From positions 1 through 13,484 of the forward strand of contig JBDHJS010000088.1 of assembly GCA_039586795.1 (NCBI GenBank): 13,484 nucleotides of DNA, given 5' to 3'. Origin of the DNA: Gemmatimonadota bacterium. GTDB taxonomy: Bacteria; Gemmatimonadota; Gemmatimonadetes; Palauibacterales; KS3-K002. The translations under genes and the position numbers were made by a program. Shown in pieces: positions 1 to 6,814 of the stretch. Each line of letters opens with the position of its first letter. The stretch's first letter is position 1. Under the pieces are notes generated by a model that had not been told where the DNA came from, made no database searches, and worked only from the letters and a program-made list of their open reading frames with translations.

Positions 1-261
1 GCCGGGCAGCATGTATCGACCCTCGAGGTCGATCACTCTCGCGCCCGCCGGCACATCCGCACCGCCCGCGCCAACCAGCACGATCTTGCCGCCGGAGACA
101 ACCACCGTGGCTTCCGGGATGATCGCCGACGAGACCCCGTCGATGACATTGACGTTCGTAAACGCGACGGTCTGTGCGGCCTCTTGAGCGATAACTCCGC
201 CGGTCAAGCCCGCAATCAAGACGGTGCCGAGAGCGAGCCTGCGGATACTGTTCAGGATCAT
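1..261 (-). CDS. Secreted amidohydrolase-family protein, N-terminal part (runs off the window at position 1)
   Basis: Not in the ORF track; translated by hand from ATG at 261: MILNSIRRLALGTVLIAGLTGGVIAQEAAQTVAFTNVNVIDGVSSAIIPEATVVVSGGKIVLVG...VPAGARVIDLEGRYMLPG. This is a signal peptide followed by the N-terminal beta-sandwich of metal-dependent amidohydrolases (VIDLxGxxxxPG precedes the HxH motif). AAGGA lies 7 nt upstream of the ATG. Confidence 0.88.
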   Translation of the reverse strand, partial: MILNSIRRLALGTVLIAGLTGGVIAQEAAQTVAFTNVNVIDGVSSAIIPEATVVVSGGKIVLVGAGGADVPAGARVIDLEGRYMLPG

Positions 262-351
262 AGCTTCATCCTTATCCCTGGCTAGTTCACTTCACGGGTC
301 GGGGGCATCGAAGGAGTAGAAGAACTGAGCCCTATACGGTCACTGGCTCGC

Positions 352-1077
352 TCATTCTTCCTCTTCTGGGCCGCCCCCAATCGGGATCGACCCGAAGACC
401 GACAGGACCCGGTTGTAGACCGCGTCGCCGGGGTTGTCTTTGACGGTATCCGTCAACCCGAGATAATAGCGGGCCGTCAGGCTCGCGGCGAACGGATTGT
501 CCTTCAGCTTGAATTCGACGTGGAACGCGACGCCGGCATCGAACGAGTTGAGGCTATCCCCAATGTCTTCATTAACCGTAATCTCGTTGTTGATGACCCC
601 GGAGAAGACGTCCGTCGCCCCCAGCAGGAACCCGAATTGCGGGCCCGCCCCGAGATGTAAACGCCGCTTCAACGCACCGTATTTCACAATCACCGGTATC
701 TCGAAGTAGTTGAGGTTGCGCTGGGCCGACCGGTCTGCAACCAGGGTGTCAAACGGAGGCGGCGCACCGAACAACTCCGGCGGCATGTCCTTGGCACCCG
801 CCTGGTAGAAAGGCAACAGCTCCGGCTGTAAGTAGAAGTCGCCCGAGACCCTCCACTCGGCGACCAGACCGAGCAGCAAGCCCGGCTTCATCTTGGTACC
901 GTCGATGCCCGAAAGGTCGGCGAGGTTCGCTCCCACGTTGAGACCGATGTGAAAACGCTCGCTGGCGAGCTTGTCGCCAAACAGTATCCCCAGCAGCACC
1001 TGACCCTGCGCCGGCTGGAAAGACGCGAGGGACAGAAGCACCGCTGGCAAGATTGCCCTGGCAAGGGTCTTCTTCAC
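352..1077 (-). CDS. Outer-membrane beta-barrel protein (PorT / OMP_b-brl_2-like porin family)
   Basis: GTG start at 1077 has AGGAG 7 nt upstream, which is better supported than the track start at 1101. Signal peptide ends AQG-Q. Amphipathic strands include GLNVGANLA, YLQPEL, LNYFEIPVIVKY, LGAGPQFGFLL, FDAGV and ARYYLGL. Confidence 0.8.
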   Translation of the reverse strand: MKKTLARAILPAVLLSLASFQPAQGQVLLGILFGDKLASERFHIGLNVGANLADLSGIDGTKMKPGLLLGLVAEWRVSGDFYLQPELLPFYQAGAKDMPPELFGAPPPFDTLVADRSAQRNLNYFEIPVIVKYGALKRRLHLGAGPQFGFLLGATDVFSGVINNEITVNEDIGDSLNSFDAGVAFHVEFKLKDNPFAASLTARYYLGLTDTVKDNPGDAVYNRVLSVFGSIPIGGGPEEEE

Positions 1078-1126
1078 GATGTTGCTCCTAGTGTGATTCA
1101 AGAAATACAGTCTTGCGGTGGCGCCA

Positions 1127-1155
1127 AACGTAGACGGGACTCAAACCCTGTGCAA
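1127..1155 (-). promoter_or_regulatory. Putative sigma70 promoter for the porin gene
   Basis: Minus strand reads TTGCAC (1155-1150), 17 nt, TACGTT (1132-1127), about 50 nt upstream of the start codon. Confidence 0.55.
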
Positions 1156-1244
1156 GACGGGTTGTTGCCTTTTTCCCCTTTCCCTCTCGACGAGCCACTC
1201 ACGAGTCAGCCTCGCGGCATAGACGCTCTAATCGCCTACCTGCC

Positions 1245-2009
1245 TTACCGGAAGTCGAAGTTGTGGGTGTAGAAGATCTGTAGCCTGAAGAAGTCAGCCG
1301 ACGTACGTGCCTGCCAAAGCAGGCCGAGTTGTAGGTTCGATAGCCTTGTGAACTGATACCCTCCAGCCACATAGAACCGGTTCTGGTCGAACGCGCGTAC
1401 GTCGTCGAAGCTGATGAAGATCTCGTCGTAGGCGTTGATGAAGAAGACCCCCGCCTCCATCGTCGGCCGGGTCAGTGGCGTCGTCACCTGCAACCGGTAA
1501 CGCGCCCGATTGGAGTAGTCGGTTACGTCATTCCGTTTCAGCCAGCGTTGCTCGAGTCGATAGCGGTGCTCGAACAGGGCGCGTCCCACGAAGTGCCGGA
1601 TGGCAAACTGCTGATACAGCCGGTTCTCGATCCGATCGCGGTCACCGTCCTCGAATGGCCAGTGGTCGGCGCGGACGTAGCCGAGACCAACCATGACGTC
1701 CGGGGTGAAGTTGTAGTGCGCCGCGACCCGCACGAGGAGCTCGTTCACGTTCGAAGCGACCTCCCACAGTCGCACTTGCCCCTCGGTAAACAGGCTCCAG
1801 TGGTCCGAGAAGAAAAAGGTGCCGTTGTAGATGAGCCAATTGCCGAGCTCGTCGCCGGCGTCTTGGGCCCGGGCGGGTCCAGCAGCTGTGCCCAACAGGC
1901 CGAGCGCAACGATGATCGCTGCCAATGGCTGTCGCGGCACGCGCCAACTCGACCGCAACGACGGCTGCTCAGCCAGATCCTCCAACTTCTCCCTCCGCCG
2001 TGGATTCAC
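1245..2009 (-). CDS. DUF2490-like outer-membrane beta-barrel protein
   Basis: Signal peptide ends ARA-QD. Motifs include GNWLIY, W-SLFTEGQVR, ENRLYQQ, HRYRLEQRW, RARYRLQ, AYDEIF and FDQNRFYVAGGY, and the protein ends HNFDFR. Start taken at GTG 2009 after GGAGG; the exact start is uncertain. Confidence 0.85.
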   Translation of the reverse strand: MNPRRREKLEDLAEQPSLRSSWRVPRQPLAAIIVALGLLGTAAGPARAQDAGDELGNWLIYNGTFFFSDHWSLFTEGQVRLWEVASNVNELLVRVAAHYNFTPDVMVGLGYVRADHWPFEDGDRDRIENRLYQQFAIRHFVGRALFEHRYRLEQRWLKRNDVTDYSNRARYRLQVTTPLTRPTMEAGVFFINAYDEIFISFDDVRAFDQNRFYVAGGYQFTRLSNLQLGLLWQARTSADFFRLQIFYTHNFDFR

Positions 2010-2114
2010 TCTTCCTCCCTGACTCGAGTCCCGGGTCATCCAACAGGAACTTCCGATACGACCGAGCGCCGGCGTTGTCAACGCTGGATGGGAAAGCAAG
2101 AAAAGACTGCGAGA

Positions 2115-2143
2115 TTGAGGAACCGGTAAGGGTCGAATAGATT
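2115..2143 (+). promoter_or_regulatory. Sigma70 promoter of tRNA-Ala
   Basis: TTGAGG (2115-2120), 17 nt, TAGATT (2138-2143), then a GC-rich discriminator (AGGGCGCC) typical of stable-RNA promoters. It ends 16 nt before the tRNA. Confidence 0.7.
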
Positions 2144-2159
2144 AGGGCGCCGATCGAAG

Positions 2160-2232
2160 GGGGCGGTAGCTCAGCTGGGAGAGCGCCTGCCTTGCACGCA
2201 GGAGGTCGAGGGTTCGAATCCCTTCCGCTCCA
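2160..2232 (+). tRNA. tRNA-Ala (anticodon TGC), CCA not encoded
   Basis: Acceptor stem GGGGCGG/CCGCTCC carries the G3:U70 alanine identity pair and discriminator A. D-arm is TAGCTCAGCTGGGAGAGC, anticodon arm CCTGC-CTTGCAC-GCAGG, T-loop GGTTCGAATCC. The gene is followed by TTC rather than CCA. Confidence 0.97.
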
Positions 2233-2267
2233 TTCCCCTATAGTTGAAAGCACACAGGAGGTAGAAG

Positions 2268-3743
2268 GTGAACCGTCGAAGCCTTATAGTGCTCGCTCTG
2301 CTCTGCGGATCGCCACAAGCGGCCGCGGCCCAGCAGGCGACGGAACGGAGCTACGACCCGTCCCGGCAATACGGAGTCGACGAGCTTAGATCGGACTTCG
2401 CCGTCCTGCGCGGCGCACTCGAGGAAGGCCACGCCGGGCTCTATCGCTATTCCAGTGTGGCGGAGATCGACGCCGTCTTCGATGCGACCGAGAACCGCAT
2501 CACTGGTCCGATGACGGAAGCCGAGTTCCTGCGCCTCCTAGCGCCGGCCATCGCCGCCGCCAACGACGGGCACACCCGCTGGAACAGCTCGCCGGATTAC
2601 GCCGATTACCTGGAATCGCGGCCGATCTCCCTACCATTCAAGCTCAGGTTCCTGGATGGCGTTGCCTACGTGCACCGCAACTACAGCGACCTGTCCGACG
2701 ACCTGCTCGGCGCGCGTTTGATCTCCATCAACGGCGTGGCAATCGACGAACTCGTGGGCAGGCTGCTGCCGCTCATGTCTTCTGACGGGCGCATCGAGAC
2801 GTCCAAGTACCGAACGCTGGAAAGCACGACGCTCTTCGGCCGTATGTACAGCCTGCTCAACGGACTCACCACCCGGTTCGAGCTCGCCTACGTCGATCCA
2901 CAAACCGGACGCGCCGAGACCGTGACCGTCGATGGGCTGACCGGTGCCGAATTGACCGAGCGATTCAACAGCCGCTACCCGGAAGCGGCAGTGAGCGGAC
3001 CGGCGATCGAACTCGAGTATCGCGATGACATAGCGATCCTCACCGTGCGCACCTTTGCCGGCAGCGTCTACCAGCGGGAAGGCATCGACTACCCGCAGTT
3101 TCTCGAGGACAGCTTCGAGGAGTTCCAGCGGAGAGGCGTCCGGGATCTTATCATCGACGTGCGAGACAACGGTGGCGGTTCAGATGTGTTCGGAAGACTT
3201 CTCGTTGCCTACCTGATCGATGAGGACTTCGACTACTACCGCTCGCTGGAGGTCAACGACAACCAGTTCGACTTCCTCGAACACACGAACGCCGGCAATG
3301 AGAGCATGCCCGAGGAACGGCTTCGCGAGAACGATCATGGGACCTACGACCTGCTCGGACACCCCAACCTCGGCGTTCAGAGCAACCTGGATCCCACGTT
3401 CGAAGGGAATGCGTACGTCCTGATGAACGGCAGGAGCTTCTCAGCAACCGGCGAGTTCACGTCGGTGGCTCACTTCCATGGTGTGGCGCGCTTCGCCGGC
3501 GAAGAGAGTGGCGCGGGATACTACGGCAACACCTCGGGCTTCGTCCCGACGCTCACACTGCCCAACACGAGAATCCGCGTCGGCATTCCGATGGTCCGCT
3601 ACACCATGGCCGTGTCGGGCTACACGCCGGTGGACCGAGGGTTGATCCCCGACATCCCCATTGACCCGACGATAGAGGATGTACTGTCGGGGCGCGACGT
3701 CGAACTGGAGTCCCTGGTCGAATTCATCAACGAGAATAGGTGA
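2268..3743 (+). CDS. Secreted S41-family peptidase (tail-specific protease-like, with PDZ-like segment)
   Basis: GTG start after AGGAGG, and a signal peptide ending AAA-Q. Motifs include H-x-GLYRY, DGHT, a PDZ-like LISINGV, LIIDVRDNGGGS, the catalytic-Ser region SFSATGEF, GEESG and RGLIPDIPI. Confidence 0.9.
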   Translation: MNRRSLIVLALLCGSPQAAAAQQATERSYDPSRQYGVDELRSDFAVLRGALEEGHAGLYRYSSVAEIDAVFDATENRITGPMTEAEFLRLLAPAIAAANDGHTRWNSSPDYADYLESRPISLPFKLRFLDGVAYVHRNYSDLSDDLLGARLISINGVAIDELVGRLLPLMSSDGRIETSKYRTLESTTLFGRMYSLLNGLTTRFELAYVDPQTGRAETVTVDGLTGAELTERFNSRYPEAAVSGPAIELEYRDDIAILTVRTFAGSVYQREGIDYPQFLEDSFEEFQRRGVRDLIIDVRDNGGGSDVFGRLLVAYLIDEDFDYYRSLEVNDNQFDFLEHTNAGNESMPEERLRENDHGTYDLLGHPNLGVQSNLDPTFEGNAYVLMNGRSFSATGEFTSVAHFHGVARFAGEESGAGYYGNTSGFVPTLTLPNTRIRVGIPMVRYTMAVSGYTPVDRGLIPDIPIDPTIEDVLSGRDVELESLVEFINENR

Positions 3744-3749
3744 CCTGCT

Positions 3750-4211
3750 ATGAATCCTGCGCACCTCCATCTGGCGATCAATCACTTCCCCGTCATCGGC
3801 CTGGTGTTCGGCGCCGCCATCCTGGCCGCGGCGATGATCCGGCGCAGCGACGAGCTGGCCCGGGTCGGCGCCATCCTCATGATCTTCGTCGCACTGATCA
3901 CGATCCCCGTCTACCTAACGGGCGAGCCGGCGGAGGAAATCGTCGAGCACCTGCCGGGCGCCTCCGAGGATATCCTCCATGCCCACGAGGATATCGCGGT
4001 TTGGGCGATGATCCTCATCGAGATCATCGGCGCGGCGGCACTCGTGGGACTCGTCGCGTTCCGCGACAAGAGTACGCTGCCCCGCTGGTTCGTTTCGAGC
4101 TTGCTGGTTTCCAGCTTGATCGGTGTTGCTCTGGTCGGTTGGACGTCATCCCTGGGCGGTCAGATCATGCACCCGGAAGCGCGGCCGGACTTCGAAGTCG
4201 CGGAAGAGTAG
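3750..4211 (+). CDS. DUF2231-like four-helix membrane protein
   Basis: N-terminal AHLHLAINHFP, central TGEPAEE...HAHE and C-terminal LGGQIMHPE, with four hydrophobic segments. Starts 6 nt after the S41 stop. Confidence 0.75.
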   Translation: MNPAHLHLAINHFPVIGLVFGAAILAAAMIRRSDELARVGAILMIFVALITIPVYLTGEPAEEIVEHLPGASEDILHAHEDIAVWAMILIEIIGAAALVGLVAFRDKSTLPRWFVSSLLVSSLIGVALVGWTSSLGGQIMHPEARPDFEVAEE

Positions 4212-4258
4212 CCCAGAATAGAAAGGGCCACCGAACGGTGGCCCTCGAGCTTTCTGGG
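4212..4258. terminator. Intrinsic terminator hairpin between convergent genes
   Basis: Perfect inverted repeat AGGGCCACCG-AA-CGGTGGCCCT (4224-4245), followed on the minus strand by TTCTATTCT. Outer CCCAGAA/TTCTGGG can extend the stem. Probably terminates the kinase operon and may be bidirectional. Confidence 0.8.
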
Positions 4259-4265
4259 GACTCGG

Positions 4266-4565
4266 CTAGAACGGCCAGTAGAGCAGCGACGCCGGTCCGC
4301 CGACACCCATCAGTCCTGCCACGATCGTCCACAAGACAACAAGCAAGAAGATCAGCCAGATGCTGCCGATCAGCATGCCGAGCCTGCGGTTCGTCGTCTC
4401 CACCCGCTTGACCAGCTGCGCCAGGTGAGCGAGCTGACTCACGGCGGCGCTGGCCGACTTCTTGTCACCGCCCAGCTCGGCCAGGCAGACCTTACACGAT
4501 ACGTTCTCTGCCGGATTCACCTCCCCGCAAGCGGGGCATATGACGAGCGTGTCTCTCTTTGCCAT
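4266..4565 (-). CDS. Small zinc-ribbon membrane protein
   Basis: CPACGEVNPAENVSCKVC zinc ribbon, a helical linker, basic RR and then a long hydrophobic C-terminal segment. Starts 27 nt after the upstream stop and ends just before the terminator. Confidence 0.75.
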   Translation of the reverse strand: MAKRDTLVICPACGEVNPAENVSCKVCLAELGGDKKSASAAVSQLAHLAQLVKRVETTNRRLGMLIGSIWLIFLLVVLWTIVAGLMGVGGPASLLYWPF

Positions 4566-4592
4566 CCTCGATGAACCGTGGTTGCGTCGCTG

Positions 4593-6814
4593 CTATTGCC
4601 GGACTGTGAGCTTGTAGGTCAGTGGCACAGCGGGACAGCTGTCCTCGCACCAGACCCTGAGGACGTAGGGGCCGCCCGCGCCGATATTCCCCGTGTCCGT
4701 TTCTATGCCCGTCGTATCGGTCGCCGCTCCGGTCAACTGACAGATCGCGATGATGTCGGTGGGCGGGTTTCCGTTCCCGCTGCACACATAGAAGTCGATG
4801 TTGGCCACTTGCTGCCATTCCGCCGTCGCCGTCACATCGGCGCCCGCGGTCATGAAGAAGTAGAAGAAGTTGTTGTCGATGGGGCTCGTCTTCGCCGGGT
4901 CGATGCTGAGGAAGACCTCGAACGGTAGGCCGATGGAGTCCGCCGTGGTGAGCGGGAAGGTATCGTTGGGCTCGAACGGGTCTGCGACCGTACCGCCGCC
5001 GGTGAACGTATCGATCGACGGCACGCTGTCCCGGTCCGGGCTGCCATCGGCGAGCAGGTTGTAGAACAGTAGCTGACCAACTTCCGAACCGGCGCCCACC
5101 ACCGCCCGCAGCGAGTCGGTCCACGACGTATCGGCGAACAGCACCGTGCCGTTCGGGAAGAAGATCCGCGTGCTGTCGGTAAACGTATGCACCTGCGACC
5201 CGCGGACGATCACCGTGTCCCCGAAGTCTCCGGACAGCGTGGAGAACGTACCGTAGAACCGCTCCTCGGTTATCGTCGTCGGCGCCAGCGCATCCGAGAT
5301 CGTGCTGTCCGGGTTCGGCAGCGCGGGAGCGACGAGGTCCACGCTCACCGTCGCCGTCCCGATGTCTCTCGCAAAGGCTCGGCCCGTCGCAGCGGTTACG
5401 ATCTCGATCACCGTTGCATCGCTTGTCTGGAAGTCGGCCGTATAGGTCGCGATCGTTGTATCGCCCCGGGTGTCCGTCACGGTCACGTCATAGTCGAGCG
5501 AGTCGCCCATCACCGGCGTCCCGGGGTCGCTGATCGCCGCCACATAAGTGCTGATCTCGAGATCGATGGAGTCGCGCAGCACGGCCCGCGGCAGCGTCGG
5601 CTGGGCCAGCGTCACGTACACCCATGCCTGCCCCGTATCCGCGAACAGCACCTCGCCTGCCGGACCGTCGATGATCGCTACGATAGACGAGTCGCTGGAT
5701 TCCGTGGTCGCCAGCAACTCCGCCTGCGGGGCGCCGTTCTTCGTCACGTCGACTCCGACGCCGACGCTGTCGGTGACCAGCGTGTCCGTATCGGACCCGG
5801 TGTAGAACGACTGGAGGTCCAGGCTGGTCACGTAGGTGGTAACCGGAACGATCATCGAGTCGGTATTGATCGGCACGACCGGATCGTCGAAGGTGACGCT
5901 CACCACCGCGGTCCCCACACCGTCGAACGTGCCGATGCCTGCCGCGGAATCCGTTATACGAACGGCACTCGTATTCGACGACGTCCACGTGGCACTCGTT
6001 ATCGGCGTCGTGTCGTTGCCCGCCTCGATGACGATCCCGCTGAACTGCACCGAGTCGGTGACCAGCGTGTCTCCGTTGACGTTGAGGTGGTCCGAGCCGG
6101 AGCCGGGCACCAGCGACTCGACTTTCAGCTCGATGATCAGGCTCTCGACGTTGACGTTGATGGAGTCGCTGAGCAGGCCACCGCCGGGTATCGCCGGCTG
6201 GGTCATCTGGACGACCAGGTTCGCCTGGCCGACGCCCACCAGCGCCGCCTCATCGTCAGCCAGGCTGGGCAGATTCGGGTGATGGTCAGGCCCCCAGACG
6301 GAACGGTCGCGCCGTTCAGACGCACCTGGGCCACGACCTGCACCGTGTCTTCGACCAGCGCGTTAGCCGAGTCGACTGGAGTGTCAGTGACGCTCGAGCG
6401 AAGTGACAGCTCCACTTCGTATTCGCTGACGCTAACGTCCATGAAGGCCGTCAGCGGCTCGGCACGATTCTCGAGGGACGGCCTCTCGAACGTGACCGTG
6501 ACCCGGGCGCTCCCAACTTGCTTCAACAACGCTTGCCCCGTACTGGAGTTCAGGATCTCTACCACGTCGGAATTATCGGAAGTGAACTCGAGCCCCGACG
6601 ACGGGACCTCGGAACCGCCGCTCATCACGCGACCCTCGAACATGACCTGGTCACCTACCAGAGTGTCGCCGCTCGCGATGAAACCAGACGAAGCAGGGTC
6701 GATGCCGATCTGCGCAGAGAGCGTTCCCGAACCGCTCTCGGTAGACGTCTTCTCACAGCTGACGGTGAGCAAGACCGAAACAAGTATCGCGAAGACCTGG
6801 ACTCTGTATCTCAC
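4593..6814 (-). pseudogene. Large multi-Ig-like (Big_2-type) repeat lipoprotein with C-terminal PPC-like domain, interrupted by a frameshift at about 6276-6280
   Basis: GTG start at 6814 overlaps the upstream stop (GTGA), giving MRYRVQVFAILVSVLLTVS-C20 (lipoprotein-like signal). The frame of track ORF 6203..6985 is sensible up to GGLTIT; the protein then continues in the frame of ORF 4593..6239 (PNLPSLADDEAALVGVGQA). Five ~95-aa repeats span both halves. It could be a true pseudogene or an assembly error. Confidence 0.8.

Noticed and set aside
1110..1161. Short repeats around the porin promoter (GTCTTGC/GCAAGAC inverted; AGACGGG direct)
   Set aside because: Only 7 bp each, compatible with chance; no regulator nearby to support an operator.
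1969..2253. 94-aa minus-strand ORF containing SGRDSNPRPPACKAGALPAEL
   Set aside because: Classic antisense translation of a tRNA gene.
2200..2260. Prophage or integrative-element attachment site at the tRNA
   Set aside because: No integrase and no duplicate of the tRNA 3' end was seen by eye in the window.
3740..4411. 223-aa Arg-rich plus-strand ORF
   Set aside because: Alternative frame over the DUF2231-like gene that runs through the terminator; low-complexity translation.
6270..6300. Programmed -1 ribosomal frameshift or phase-variable G5 tract
   Set aside because: No X-XXY-YYZ slippery heptamer is present. A slip in the short G5 run would give GPDHHPN, destroying the repeat-like LTIT strand and still leaving the repeat short.
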